Shown: one piece after another, positions 1 through 10,063 of the stretch
Layout of the letters: every line of letters starts with the position of its first letter
How positions within the stretch are numbered: the stretch's first letter is position 1
DNA from: Firmicutes bacterium UBA3570
GTDB taxonomy: Bacteria > Bacillota > Sulfobacillia > UBA3561
Assembly (NCBI GenBank): GCA_002376005.1
Contig: DFNJ01000033.1
Coordinates: forward strand, 16,026-80,025
Direction: 5' to 3'
Length of the DNA: 64,000 nucleotides
The notes under the pieces: generated by a model
What the model was told of the DNA's origin: nothing
Seen by the model: only the letters and a program-made list of their open reading frames with translations
Database searches by the model: none
Position numbers and translations under genes: made by a program

Positions 1-12
1 CACTGCACGGGG

Positions 13-954
13 ATGGGATTGTTTACCGTGGCCGCCAATGTGCTCCGTCGCGGGCGAAACGCTGCCTGGTTCTGCCTGGCGGTATCCTTGGCTGCTGCCC
101 TGGTGGGCGCTCACGGGATCTACCAGGTGGCTTCCGGTGCCCCCATTGAGTCGGGTTGGGTGGATCGAGTTCATAACCCGTGGCTGGTAGCCCGTGCCTA
201 TTCCGTTTTCGGCAACCCCAACGTACTGGCTGCCTACCTGCTGATGGTTTTGCCGCTGGCGGCGACGGCGGGATGGATCAGCAGCGGTGGTTGGCGGGTA
301 CTGCTGGGCATCTGCTGGATCTGCGCCATGCTCTGCCTGGTGTTGACCTTCTCCCGGGGAGCGTGGGTGGCCATGGCCGCGTCCGGTCTCGCGCTGAGCG
401 TGCTGCTCGAGCGGAAGCTGCTGCCGTGGTTGCTGGTGGTGTGCCTGCTGGCCCTCCTCATCAGCCCCAGTGCGCGCGCATTGCGACAGAGAGTGCACAC
501 CATGTTCACCCTGCAGGACAGCTCAACGCGTTACCGGGTCACTGTGTGGCGAGAGTCGTTGCGGATGCTATCCGATTACTGGATGTCCGGTGTCGGCCTG
601 GGGTACCAGTCGTTTCGGCGCGTCTACCCTGCGTACATGCTCGATCGCACCAAAGACCCCTACCATGCCCACAGCCTGTACTTGGAGCTGGCGGTGGAGC
701 TGGGGCTGTTCGGCCTGCTGGCCTTCCTGTGGTTCTGTGGGGATCTCGGTCTGCGCTTGCTTCGCAAGCTGAAGGGGGCCGGCCGGCGGCACCGGGGAAT
801 GTTGGCCGCTGCTGTGGCCTTTCTGGTGGCGGTGGCCTGTTACGGAATCGTGGAGAACGTACTGTACATGCCGAAAATCACTTTGAGCTTCTGGATCTTC
901 TGCGGGTACGCCGCTGCGACGGTCAGCCGGAGAACGGAGAAGGCGAGGGGTTAG
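13..954 (+). CDS. O-antigen ligase (WaaL/Wzy_C) family membrane protein; frame is open to the window edge, so possibly 5'-partial
   Basis: Multi-TM protein with family motifs FGNPNVLAAYL, TFSRGAW, SSTRYR..W, G.GLG, HAHSLYL; abuts csaB. Confidence 0.85.
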   Translation: MGLFTVAANVLRRGRNAAWFCLAVSLAAALVGAHGIYQVASGAPIESGWVDRVHNPWLVARAYSVFGNPNVLAAYLLMVLPLAATAGWISSGGWRVLLGICWICAMLCLVLTFSRGAWVAMAASGLALSVLLERKLLPWLLVVCLLALLISPSARALRQRVHTMFTLQDSSTRYRVTVWRESLRMLSDYWMSGVGLGYQSFRRVYPAYMLDRTKDPYHAHSLYLELAVELGLFGLLAFLWFCGDLGLRLLRKLKGAGRRHRGMLAAAVAFLVAVACYGIVENVLYMPKITLSFWIFCGYAAATVSRRTEKARG

Positions 955-2043
955 ATGCCGCGGGCGGTGATTTCTGGTTATTACGGGTTCGGGAACTGCG
1001 GCGATGACGCCATCCTGCGGGGCATCATCTCCGGTCTGCGCCAGCAGGATGCGGACCTGGAGGTCGTGGTTCTGTCTGCCAACCCGGCGGAGACCAGGAA
1101 TCGGCTGGGGGTGGCGGCGGTCAATCGGTACAACCCGGTGGCAGTGGCACGCGCCATCGCCGGCGCGGATCTTCTCATCAGCGGTGGGGGCAGCCTGCTT
1201 CAGGATATCACCAGCACGCGGTCGCTGCTGTACTACCTTTCGGTTATCCAGATGGCGCTCAGCATGGGAAAGAGGGTAATGCTGTACGCCAACGGCATCG
1301 GGCCCATCACCCGTGCGACCAACCGCCAGTTGTGTCGGAGGGTTTTGTGCCGGGTACACCTCATCACCGTGCGCGATGATTCCTCGCGGGAGGAGCTGGA
1401 ATCCCTCGGGGTGCGCGGGCCGTTGATCGAGGTGACTGCCGACCCGGTATTCGCGCTGGATGAGCTGGGGACCCAGGAACCCCCCGAGACGGAGGTGACG
1501 GTGGGAGCGGCCTTTCGTCCGTGGGGACCCCCTGATCGACTGCAGTGGGTATTCTCGGTCTTGGCCAGTACCCTGACCCGCCGTGGGTGGAGGATCCGGC
1601 TCATCCCCATGCACTGGAAAGAGGATCATCCCCTGGCTGCCCGGCTGCGGACGGCGGCACCAGGTGGAGTGGAGGTGTGGACGGGTCCGCTGGCCGAACC
1701 CGCCGATCTCAGGGCGGCCTTCTCCGGACTGTCGGTGATGGTGGGTATGCGACTGCACGCTCTGATGTTCGCGGTGAAAATGGGGATACCGGTGGTGGGC
1801 CTGGCTTACGATCCGAAAGTAACGGCGTTTTTGCGTTCAGTGGGGCAGGAACAGCTGGCGGAGTCCCTCGATTCGGTGGACCCGCAACGTCTGTGCGAAG
1901 CGGTGAGCGGCGCGGTGAGAAGTGGGCCGGAGCTGCGTGCCCGCGTCAGGGAACACGCCGCCCAGCTGGCCGCACGTGCCCGACGAAACGCGGAGCTGGC
2001 GGTGGCGCTCCTCCGGGGGGAGATGGTCGGTGACCCGCGCTGA
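955..2043 (+). CDS. csaB: Polysaccharide pyruvyl transferase CsaB
   Basis: SGYYGFGNCGDDAI, GGGSLLQDITSTRSLLYY, VRD, ADPV, GMRLHAL, YDPKV motifs. Confidence 0.92.
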   Translation: MPRAVISGYYGFGNCGDDAILRGIISGLRQQDADLEVVVLSANPAETRNRLGVAAVNRYNPVAVARAIAGADLLISGGGSLLQDITSTRSLLYYLSVIQMALSMGKRVMLYANGIGPITRATNRQLCRRVLCRVHLITVRDDSSREELESLGVRGPLIEVTADPVFALDELGTQEPPETEVTVGAAFRPWGPPDRLQWVFSVLASTLTRRGWRIRLIPMHWKEDHPLAARLRTAAPGGVEVWTGPLAEPADLRAAFSGLSVMVGMRLHALMFAVKMGIPVVGLAYDPKVTAFLRSVGQEQLAESLDSVDPQRLCEAVSGAVRSGPELRARVREHAAQLAARARRNAELAVALLRGEMVGDPR

Positions 2044-2779
2044 CCAGCGGTGGCACCTCATGGGGGTACCGGTGGACCCGGTGACCATGTCGCAGGCGGT
2101 GGCGAGATGCCTCCATCTGGTCCGGGAGGCGGGGAGGCCCCGGCTGGTGATGACGCCGAACCCGGAGATCGTGGTCATGGCCCAGCGCGATGGTGAGCTG
2201 ATGGACGCCCTGCGGCAGGCGGATCTGTTGGCTCCTGATGGGGTGGGGCTCCTGTGGGCGTCCAGGAAGCTGGGCTGCCCTTTACCGGAACGGGTGGCGG
2301 GCATCGATCTGGCGGGGAGAGTGCTGGCATGGGCGGCGGCCAACGACGTGCCGGTATACCTGCTTGGAGGACGGGCGGGAGTGGCGCGGGATGCGGCGGC
2401 CAGGCTGCAGCAGCGATACCGTGGGCTGAGGATCGTTGGTTGGCATCACGGTTATTTCTCTCACCGGGAATCAGAGGAGATTTGCCGCCAGGTAGTGCGG
2501 TCGGGGGCCAAAATACTCCTGGTGGGCATGGGTGCTCCCCGACAGGAAAAATGGATGGTGCGGCACCGCCGGCAGCTGCAGGGCGTGGGCCTGATCATGG
2601 CAGTGGGGGGCAGCTTAGATGTGTTCGCGGGGCGGTTCCGTCGCGCTCCCGCCTTGGTGCGGGCGGTGGGGTTGGAGTGGCTTTTCCGGCTACTGCAACA
2701 ACCGTGGCGGTGGCGCAGGATGCTGGCACTGGTGAGGTTCGCCAGGCTGGTGTGGGGGAGGAGGGTGGCCAAATGCTGA
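2030..2779 (+). CDS. tagA: WecB/TagA/CpsF family glycosyltransferase (ManNAc transferase)
   Basis: TPNPEIV, PDGVG, ERVAGIDL, GMGAPRQEKW, GGSLDV, LEWLFRL; GTG start at 2030 overlaps csaB end. Confidence 0.9.
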   Translation: MTRADQRWHLMGVPVDPVTMSQAVARCLHLVREAGRPRLVMTPNPEIVVMAQRDGELMDALRQADLLAPDGVGLLWASRKLGCPLPERVAGIDLAGRVLAWAAANDVPVYLLGGRAGVARDAAARLQQRYRGLRIVGWHHGYFSHRESEEICRQVVRSGAKILLVGMGAPRQEKWMVRHRRQLQGVGLIMAVGGSLDVFAGRFRRAPALVRAVGLEWLFRLLQQPWRWRRMLALVRFARLVWGRRVAKC

Positions 2780-3597
2780 AGGATGGTCAGCTACAGTTCC
2801 TGCAAGAAAAGGCGCGGGTGGTCCGCCGACACGTCCTTCGCATGATCGGGCTGGCGGGATCGGGGCATCCCGGTGGTTCGCTGTCCTGCGTCGAGGTGCT
2901 GGTGACCTTGTACTTCACGGTGATGCGCATACGACCGGAAGACCCTGGGTGGCCGGAACGCGACCGACTCGTGCTATCCAAAGGTCACGCGGCGCCCGCG
3001 CTTTATGCCGTGTTGGCGGAAAGAGGATACTTTCCCGTTGAGGAGTTGTGGACCCTCAGGAAGCTGGGCTCGAGGCTACAGGGGCACCCCGACATGCGCA
3101 AGACCCCGGGCGTTGAGGTCTGCACGGGTTCGTTGGGGCAGGGCCTGTCGCAGGCGGTGGGAATGGCACTGGCGGGCAGGATGGACGGTGCCGACTTCCA
3201 CGTCTACTGCCTGGTGGGCGATGGGGAGTGCGAGGAGGGGCAGATTTGGGAGGCGGTGATGGCGGCGGCGCACTACCGCCTGGGCAATCTCACCGTCATC
3301 CTCGACCACAACGGCCTGCAGATAGATGGGCCGATTCGACAAGTGCTGTGTCCGGAGCCATTTCCCGAGAAGTGGCGGGCCTTCGGATGGGAATGCGTGG
3401 AAGTGGACGGACACGACTTCGGGCAGCTGTACGATAGCTTGCTGCGCCCAGAGAGGCCTTCCTCCGTTCCCCGCGTGGTGGTTGCCCACACGGTCAAAGG
3501 CAAAGGAGTATCCTACATGGAAAACCGCGTGGAGTGGCACGGGAAGGCCCCCGGGCCGGAGCTGCTGAGGATCGCATTAGAGGAGCTGGAGCGATGA
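2773..3597 (+). CDS. Transketolase, N-terminal (TPP-binding) subunit
   Basis: SGHPGGSLS, LSKGHAAPALY, LQGHP, GSLGQGLS, GDGE..EGQIWEA TPP motif, WHGKAP. Confidence 0.93.
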   Translation: MLKDGQLQFLQEKARVVRRHVLRMIGLAGSGHPGGSLSCVEVLVTLYFTVMRIRPEDPGWPERDRLVLSKGHAAPALYAVLAERGYFPVEELWTLRKLGSRLQGHPDMRKTPGVEVCTGSLGQGLSQAVGMALAGRMDGADFHVYCLVGDGECEEGQIWEAVMAAAHYRLGNLTVILDHNGLQIDGPIRQVLCPEPFPEKWRAFGWECVEVDGHDFGQLYDSLLRPERPSSVPRVVVAHTVKGKGVSYMENRVEWHGKAPGPELLRIALEELER

Positions 3598-4532
3598 AGA
3601 GACACACCCGCGATGCTTACGCCGAGGCACTGGTGGAGTTGGGGAGGAAGAGGCCGGAAGTGGTGGTGCTGGATGCGGACCTGTCGGTGTCCACTCGCAC
3701 CGCCAGGTTCGCGGAGGCCTTCCCGGACCGGTTCTTCAACTGCGGAATAGCCGAGCAGAATATGCTGGGCATTGCCGCCGGACTTGCGGCCAGCGGCAAA
3801 ATACCCTTCGTCAGCACGTTTGCCGTGTTCGCCAGCATGAGGGCGTGCGAACAGATACGACAGTCCATCGCCTATCCCCGTCTCAAGGTAAGGGTGGTGG
3901 CCAGTCACGGTGGCATCACGGTGGGCGCCGACGGTGCTTCCCATCAGTGTACGGAGGACGCGGGGGTCATGAGGGCCATCCCCAACATGACGGTGGTGAT
4001 ACCCGCCGACGCCACAGAAACCGCCTGGGCGGTACACCAGATTGTGGACATACCCGGTCCCGTGTACATGCGTTTGGGGCGGCCGGCGGCGCCGGTGGTC
4101 TACCCGGACGCAAGCAGGCTGCGCTGGGGCAAGGTCACGCTCCTGCGGGAGGGCAGTGACGTGGTACTGCTGGGGACCGGTATCATGGTGTCCAGATGCC
4201 TCGAGGCGTCTGCGATCCTGGAGGCGGAAGGTGTGGAGGCCGCGGTGGGCGCAGTATCGGTCCTGAAACCGCTGGACGAGGAGTCGGTGGTCGCGTTGGC
4301 CCGGCGATGCGGCGCGGTGGTCACCGCGGAGGAACACAGCGTGATAGGCGGTCTCGGGTCGGCAGTGTGCGAATGTCTGGCCGAACGGTACCCGGTTCCG
4401 GTTCGCAGGGTGGGGATTGGTGATGTGTTCGGACAGTCCGGAGAACCCGACCAACTACTGGCTCACTACGGTCTGACGCCGGAGGCTATAGCCGAGGCTG
4501 CCCTGGAGGTGATAAGGCGGAAACAGTCTTGA
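3594..4532 (+). CDS. Transketolase, C-terminal subunit
   Basis: DADLSVST, GIAEQNM, GADGASHQ, GPVYMRLGR, EEHSVIGGLGS, FGQSG; ATGA overlap with N subunit. Confidence 0.93.
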   Translation: MKRHTRDAYAEALVELGRKRPEVVVLDADLSVSTRTARFAEAFPDRFFNCGIAEQNMLGIAAGLAASGKIPFVSTFAVFASMRACEQIRQSIAYPRLKVRVVASHGGITVGADGASHQCTEDAGVMRAIPNMTVVIPADATETAWAVHQIVDIPGPVYMRLGRPAAPVVYPDASRLRWGKVTLLREGSDVVLLGTGIMVSRCLEASAILEAEGVEAAVGAVSVLKPLDEESVVALARRCGAVVTAEEHSVIGGLGSAVCECLAERYPVPVRRVGIGDVFGQSGEPDQLLAHYGLTPEAIAEAALEVIRRKQS

Positions 4533-4555
4533 CCCTAAGGAGGCGCACTCCCTTA

Positions 4556-4600
4556 GGGGTCGGTCGCGGGAAATGTTGGCGGCCGACCCCATATTTTTCT
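4556..4600 (+). terminator. Intrinsic terminator after transketolase
   Basis: 12-bp stem GGGGTCGGTCGC (4556-4567) / GCGGCCGACCCC (4579-4590), one G-U pair, followed by ATATTTTTCT. Confidence 0.75.
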
Positions 4601-4651
4601 TCCAGCGCCGTACAGCCTTCCCTGTTTTTGGAGGATTCTGCTGCATTATGT

Positions 4652-4673
4652 CGAATTGGCATACCGCAATTCG
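4652..4673. promoter_or_regulatory. Palindrome CGAATTG-N8-CAATTCG upstream of ftsE, candidate operator
   Basis: Perfect 7-bp inverted repeat in the intergenic region; cognate regulator unknown. Confidence 0.35.
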
Positions 4674-4694
4674 CATCACGGTGCGCGGGGCGAT

Positions 4695-5423
4695 ATGGTG
4701 CTGTCACGTTATGTTGACGAGGGCGCGGCTGGCCCGGTGATCAGGCTCGAACGGGTAACCAAGGTCTACGACGGGCGGGTGGTGGCCTTGGAAGACATCA
4801 CGCTGTCCATCCACAAGGGCGAATTCGTCTTCGTGGTGGGACCTTCCGGGGCGGGAAAATCCACCTTCGTCAAGCTCATCTACCGGGAGGAGCTGCCCAC
4901 GTCCGGGCGGGTCTGGGTGGAGGGCCGGGAACTGGGCCGGATGCCGCGCTGGCAGGTGCCGCATTTGCGGCGGCGAATCGGGGTGGTATTTCAAGACTTC
5001 AAGCTGCTGCCCGACCGCACCGTGTACGAGAACGTGGCCTTCGCCCTGCGGGTGACGGAGGCTTCCCCGCGAGAGATACGAAGGCGCGTGCCCGCGGTGC
5101 TGGAGCTGGTGGGCCTGAAAGACCGGGCGCGCGCCTTTCCCAATCAGCTGTCGGGAGGGGAGCAGCAACGGGTTGCCCTCGCCCGAGCGGTGGTGAACAA
5201 CCCGGCCATAGTGATTGCCGACGAGCCCACCGGCAATCTGGATCCGGACACCGCCTGGGACATCATGCGGCTGCTGGTGGACATCAACCGTCTGGGGACT
5301 ACGGTGATCGTCGCCACCCATGCCCGCTACATAGTGAACGCCTTGCGCAGACGGGTGGTGGCAATGGAACGCGGACGACTGATACGGGACGTACCCAGGG
5401 GCACTTACGATCATGAGAGTTAG
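4695..5423 (+). CDS. ftsE: Cell division ATP-binding protein FtsE (alternative start GTG 4737)
   Basis: Walker A GPSGAGKST, GVVFQDFKLL, LSGGEQQRV, ADEPTGNLD; adjacent to ftsX. Confidence 0.95.
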   Translation: MVLSRYVDEGAAGPVIRLERVTKVYDGRVVALEDITLSIHKGEFVFVVGPSGAGKSTFVKLIYREELPTSGRVWVEGRELGRMPRWQVPHLRRRIGVVFQDFKLLPDRTVYENVAFALRVTEASPREIRRRVPAVLELVGLKDRARAFPNQLSGGEQQRVALARAVVNNPAIVIADEPTGNLDPDTAWDIMRLLVDINRLGTTVIVATHARYIVNALRRRVVAMERGRLIRDVPRGTYDHES

Positions 5424-6300
5424 GACGCTGGGGTTTCTCTTCGGCGAGGCCTGGCGCAACGTTCTCCGGAATGGTCTCATGAGCCTGGCTTCCATATCCA
5501 CCGTGGCGGTCTCGCTCTGCATAGCGGCGTCCATGGCCATTTGTGCTGCCAACCTGGATCATGTGGCCTCCACTTTGGAGTCGCAGCTGGAGGTCAAGGT
5601 ATTCTTGGCCCCGGGCCTCACCGAAGAGGCCCGCCAGGCCCTGATACAGCAGGTAACCGCGATGGACGGAGTACAGGAAGTCCGGTTCGTGAGCCGGGAG
5701 GAGGCACTGCAGCGACTTCGGGATCGATTTGGCGAGGACAGCATCCTGCTGGATGCGGTGGGGGATTCCAACCCCCTTCCTGATTCGCTGGAGATACGGG
5801 CGACGGGCCTGCAGGCGGTCAAGCTGGTGGCACTGCGAGTGGGGGAGCTGGAGGGAGTGGAAGAGGTACTCTTCCACCGCGAGGTGGCGGACAAGCTGTC
5901 CAGAATCACCAGGGGGTTGCGGATCGTGGGCGTCCTCGTGGTCTCACTGTTGCTGGTGGGAATGCTGCTGATCATCTACAACACCATCCGGCTCACCGTG
6001 TTCGCGCGCCGGCGGGAGGTGGCCATCATGAAGCTGGTCGGGGCCACCGACTGGTTCATTCGCTTGCCCTTCTTTCTGGAAGGAGTATTGCTGGGGACCG
6101 TGGGAGCTGGACTGGCTGCGCTGGTGATCCGAAGTGGGTATGTCTGGGTGGCGGCCTCGGTACGGGGCTCCCTGCCGTTCCTGCCGCTGCTGCCTCCTTA
6201 TCCCCTGGTCAATTACGCAACTGCTCTCCTCCTCTGCCTGGGCGCTGTGGTGGGGGGACTGGGTAGCAGCTGGTCGCTGCGGCGGTACCTCGAGGTGTGA
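5413..6300 (+). CDS. ftsX: Cell division permease FtsX
   Basis: [11 protein letters not shown]1, NPLPDS loop, [35 protein letters not shown]. Confidence 0.95.
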   Translation: MRVRTLGFLFGEAWRNVLRNGLMSLASISTVAVSLCIAASMAICAANLDHVASTLESQLEVKVFLAPGLTEEARQALIQQVTAMDGVQEVRFVSREEALQRLRDRFGEDSILLDAVGDSNPLPDSLEIRATGLQAVKLVALRVGELEGVEEVLFHREVADKLSRITRGLRIVGVLVVSLLLVGMLLIIYNTIRLTVFARRREVAIMKLVGATDWFIRLPFFLEGVLLGTVGAGLAALVIRSGYVWVAASVRGSLPFLPLLPPYPLVNYATALLLCLGAVVGGLGSSWSLRRYLEV

Positions 6301-6311
6301 GGGACGGTGTC

Positions 6312-7451
6312 ATGATCACGTTACGGCGAGCCAATACAGTGATAGCGGCGTTGCTGATAGTTCTGCTGGTGCCCGGCCTGGTCCTTTCTTCCACTGAGTC
6401 AGAGTTGGAGCGGATGAAGGAGCAGCTGGAGCGGGTCCGGGAGGAAATCGAAGAGTACAAGCGGAGCCTCCAGCGCACCGAAAGCAACGAGCGAAGTCTC
6501 CTCCAAGAACTGGAGCGGATGGATCGGGCCCTGGAACGGGCTGAGTCAGAGCTACGTTTCCTGCAGGGGCAGCTGGAAATCACCAAACGCCGCATTGCCG
6601 CCGTGGAAGCCGAGCTGGCGCAGGCGGAGGCAGCGCTGCAGGAGCGCCTCAGGTTACTCAACGAACGGGTGCGCTTCATTTACATCCACGGGGTGGTGGG
6701 GTACCTGGAGGTGTTGCTCGAGGCGGAGAGCTTTGCCGACTTCTTGAGCCGCTTTGAGCTCATCAAGCGCATCATCCGGCAGGACGTTTCTCTCCTCAGG
6801 GAAGCCCAGCAGCAGCGGGAATTGATTCGGGCCAAGAGAGAACAGCTGGAAGAGCAAAAGAACAACCTGGTCAGGTTGCAGCAGCAGACCGAGCAGCAGA
6901 AGGTGCGGATCGCCGCGCAGGCCCGCCAGCGGCGGCAGTATCTGTCCAAGTTGCAGAGCGAAAAGCGGCAATACGAACGGGCGCTGGACGAGCTGGAGGC
7001 CCTGTCGAACAAGCTGGTCAAGGTGATCCAGGAGCTGCAGGCCAGGCAGCGGATGACCGTTCGCGGCAACCTCGAGTTCATCTGGCCCACCGCCGGCCCC
7101 ATCACTTCTCCCTTCGGCCCCCGTTACCATCCCATCCTGGGGACGCGACGCATGCATACCGGCATAGACATTGGTGCTCCCTACGGACAGCGGATAGTGG
7201 CGGCAGAAAGCGGGGTGGTGATATACAGTGGCTGGCTGGGCGGTTATGGCAAGACGGTCATCATCGATCACGGTGGCGGTATCTCCACTCTCTATGCCCA
7301 TTGCTCGCGCCTGCTGGTGACCTCCGGTCAGAAGGTGGCCAAAGGCCAGGTCATTGCGCTGGTGGGGAGCACCGGCCTGAGCACCGGTCCGCACCTGCAC
7401 TTCGAGCTCCGCGTGGACGGCACCCCGGTCAATCCCCTGGCACGCATGTAG
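6312..7451 (+). CDS. Coiled-coil + M23 peptidase (EnvC/CwlO-like FtsEX partner)
   Basis: Signal peptide, long heptad region, M23 domain with intact HTGID and HLH zinc motifs. Confidence 0.9.
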   Translation: MITLRRANTVIAALLIVLLVPGLVLSSTESELERMKEQLERVREEIEEYKRSLQRTESNERSLLQELERMDRALERAESELRFLQGQLEITKRRIAAVEAELAQAEAALQERLRLLNERVRFIYIHGVVGYLEVLLEAESFADFLSRFELIKRIIRQDVSLLREAQQQRELIRAKREQLEEQKNNLVRLQQQTEQQKVRIAAQARQRRQYLSKLQSEKRQYERALDELEALSNKLVKVIQELQARQRMTVRGNLEFIWPTAGPITSPFGPRYHPILGTRRMHTGIDIGAPYGQRIVAAESGVVIYSGWLGGYGKTVIIDHGGGISTLYAHCSRLLVTSGQKVAKGQVIALVGSTGLSTGPHLHFELRVDGTPVNPLARM

Positions 7452-7539
7452 TCGTTGTCGGGCCCTCACGTAATGTGTTACACTCAAGTAGGCCCTTTAG
7501 TGGCAGTATTTTCACTTTGCGATCCCCGAGGAGCGTGTA

Positions 7540-8775
7540 ATGGAAATGCCTCGAAAGATGTATTCGGCTTCCATGGTGCGGAAAGTGATCCAGCGGCGCC
7601 GCCGCCGGGAGAGGTGGCGCACCGCCCTGACCGTAGCGGGCCTGGTATTCCTCATGGCCATGGTCGCCTATGCCGCCGCCAGCCCGCGAGGGCAGGCGAT
7701 GCAGGACCCGCGGCTGCAGAAGCTGCTGACGATCATCGATCTGGTGAAGGACAGATACGTCGAAGAGGTGGATGACTCCCGCCTCCTCGAGGGTGCGGTG
7801 CGAGGCGCGGTGGAGGCCCTCGATGATCCTTACTCGTATTATCTGGATCCCCAGCAGTACCGGAATTTGATGATAAGGGCCACCGGCGAATATCAGGGGA
7901 TCGGGATCATCGTGGGAATCAAAGACGGATATGTAACGGTCATTGCCCCCATAAAAGGGACTCCCGCGGAGCGCGCGGGAATGCAGGGGGGGGACCGGAT
8001 CCTGCGGGTGGACGGCCGGGACATCACCAACCTCACGCTGGACGAGGTGGCGCAGCTCATCAGGGGCCCCGCCGGGACCAAAGTCACCCTGACCATTTCC
8101 CGGCCGGGCCGCGAGGAGTTGCTGACCTTCGAGATAACCAGGGCCAGGGTGAAGATCGTCAGCGTGGAACACGAGATGGTCGCCCCCGGCATCGGGTACC
8201 TCAGGATCACCACCTTCAACGAGAATACGCCGGCCGAGGTGCGCGAGGCCCTGGATGATCTCCGAGCTTGCGACATGAAGGGACTGATACTGGATCTCCG
8301 ACATAACCCCGGGGGGTTGCTCTCCCAGTGCGTGGAAGTGGCCGATCACTTCGTCCCGCCGGGACCGGTGACGGAGATCATCAGCCGGGAAGGGAAATCG
8401 GAAGTACTGAAGGCTGATTCGCCCCCCCTGGGGGTTCCGTTGGTGGTGCTGGTGGATCGGGGTACCGCCAGCGCTTCCGAGATCCTGGCCGGCGCCATAC
8501 AGGACACCGGGACCGGGATCCTGGTGGGCACCAGGACTTTCGGGAAGGGTACCATGCAGCATCTCATCAACATGCCCGATGGTTCGGGTTTGAAACTCAC
8601 CACCGCCCGGTTCTATACCCCCGAGGGAAGGAAGATCGACGGCGTGGGCCTTGAGCCAGACGTGGCAGTGCCGGTGCCCGAGGACTTCAACCCGTTTGCC
8701 GTTCCGCGCGAGGAGGATCCGCAGTTTCAGAAAGCGCTCCAGATAATCACGGAAAAGGTGGCCGGCGAAGGCTGA
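7540..8775 (+). CDS. S41 carboxy-terminal processing protease (CtpA/CtpB)
   Basis: N-terminal TM, DPYS, PDZ (GIG..V, GTPAERAG), DLRHNPGG, TASASEI (Ser), TFGKG (Lys). Confidence 0.93.
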   Translation: MEMPRKMYSASMVRKVIQRRRRRERWRTALTVAGLVFLMAMVAYAAASPRGQAMQDPRLQKLLTIIDLVKDRYVEEVDDSRLLEGAVRGAVEALDDPYSYYLDPQQYRNLMIRATGEYQGIGIIVGIKDGYVTVIAPIKGTPAERAGMQGGDRILRVDGRDITNLTLDEVAQLIRGPAGTKVTLTISRPGREELLTFEITRARVKIVSVEHEMVAPGIGYLRITTFNENTPAEVREALDDLRACDMKGLILDLRHNPGGLLSQCVEVADHFVPPGPVTEIISREGKSEVLKADSPPLGVPLVVLVDRGTASASEILAGAIQDTGTGILVGTRTFGKGTMQHLINMPDGSGLKLTTARFYTPEGRKIDGVGLEPDVAVPVPEDFNPFAVPREEDPQFQKALQIITEKVAGEG

Positions 8776-8791
8776 TACCGTCGCGGGGAGA

Positions 8792-10063
8792 GTGACGCCC
8801 TTGCTATGGGGCTTTCCGGCAGGCAGGGTGCTCGTGGCCATACTGCGTCTTTTGCCCCAGGTGATGCTGCACCCTTCTTACACCCTCATCTTCATGGTGG
8901 TGCTTGGTCTGGTGGCCATGCAGTACCGGCGCATCGCCCTGACGGAGGAGAAACTGTACGGGCGGGTGAAGAACCCGCCCTTGAGGCAGACCCTCCTCGG
9001 TCTGGGTTTTGGCTTCCTGGGTGGCATCTTTGCCTCCTTCCTGCTGGCGCTGATCGGGGTTCCTTTACGGGGGTCGGGGCTAATATACCTGTGGCCGGTG
9101 GCGGTGCTGTTGTTCCTGATCAATCCCCGACTGATGTGCTTCTCCTACGCCGGGGGTCTACTGTCCATCGCCAGTTTGGCTTTGGGGTTCCCCGACATAA
9201 ACGTTCCTGCCCTCATGGGGCTGGTGGGCGTGCTGCACGTGACCGAAAGCCTGTTGATCGCAGCCACCGGAGCCACCTGCGTCACCCCGCTTTATCTACG
9301 TAACCGCCGGGGAAAAACGGTGGGCGGCCTCAGCCTCCAGCGCTTCTGGCTGGTTCCTCTGGTGGTGATCGTGGTGGTGTTCATACCCCAGGGGACCAGG
9401 CTGCACGGTGCCCTGGAGATGCCCGACTGGTGGCCCTTGCTGGGGGGCACCGAGGGGCTGCAGGTTCCCCCGGGGCGAATACCGGCCTATACCATGTTGC
9501 CGGTGCTGGCCGCTCTGGGATATTCAGACGTGGCAGTGATTTCCGATCCCCGCCGCAAGGCCCAACGGAGTGCCACCAACCTGGCCTTTTACAGCCTGTC
9601 CCTGCTGGCGCTGGCCATTCTGTCCGCCCGCCACCCCTGGGTGCGGTGGCTGGCGGCCGCGTACGCTGCACTGGGACACGAGATGGTGGTGCTGCTGGGC
9701 AGTTACTGGGAGCTCCGCAGCGATCCCCGCAGACCCGTGGGGCCGGGAGTACTCATCCTGGACGTCTTCCCGGACACGCCCGCCGCGCGATCAGGGCTGC
9801 GGCCCGGCGACCAGGTGGTGGCGGTGGACGGGCACATCACCAGCACCCGGGAAGAGCTCAGGGCACTGCTCGCCACCACCCACCCACCCTACACCCTGGC
9901 TGTGCTCTCGCCCGGTGACCAGGAGCCCAGGGAAATCGTCATCTCGGAGCCGGGCCGGTTGGGCGTAGTTCCCTTCCCTGACGCCGATGACCGGGCTCAG
10001 GTGCAGCTCCGCACCGGCGGGATTCTGGTCCGGTGGTGGAGGAAGTGGAGGAGACGCCGTTGA
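8792..10063 (+). CDS. Polytopic membrane protein with C-terminal PDZ, MinJ/SwrAB-like
   Basis: Many TMs, RLMCFSYAGG, LVGVLHVTESLL, C-terminal PDZ (TPAARSGLRPGD); same position as Bacillus ftsEX-ctpB-minJ. Confidence 0.8.
   Translation: MTPLLWGFPAGRVLVAILRLLPQVMLHPSYTLIFMVVLGLVAMQYRRIALTEEKLYGRVKNPPLRQTLLGLGFGFLGGIFASFLLALIGVPLRGSGLIYLWPVAVLLFLINPRLMCFSYAGGLLSIASLALGFPDINVPALMGLVGVLHVTESLLIAATGATCVTPLYLRNRRGKTVGGLSLQRFWLVPLVVIVVVFIPQGTRLHGALEMPDWWPLLGGTEGLQVPPGRIPAYTMLPVLAALGYSDVAVISDPRRKAQRSATNLAFYSLSLLALAILSARHPWVRWLAAAYAALGHEMVVLLGSYWELRSDPRRPVGPGVLILDVFPDTPAARSGLRPGDQVVAVDGHITSTREELRALLATTHPPYTLAVLSPGDQEPREIVISEPGRLGVVPFPDADDRAQVQLRTGGILVRWWRKWRRRR

Noticed and set aside
4649-4655. TGTCGAA Spo0A box as a stand-alone call
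   Set aside because: Single heptamer; the same word also occurs inside coding sequence (about 7002), so chance is likely
7540-7640. Tat signal in the S41 protease (RRRRR)
   Set aside because: Lacks the S/T-RR-x-F-L-K consensus; simply a basic N-region before a TM helix
7986-7993. G8 run in the S41 protease gene as a frameshift or phase-variation site
   Set aside because: Frame is intact (GMQGGDRIL matches the PDZ pattern)
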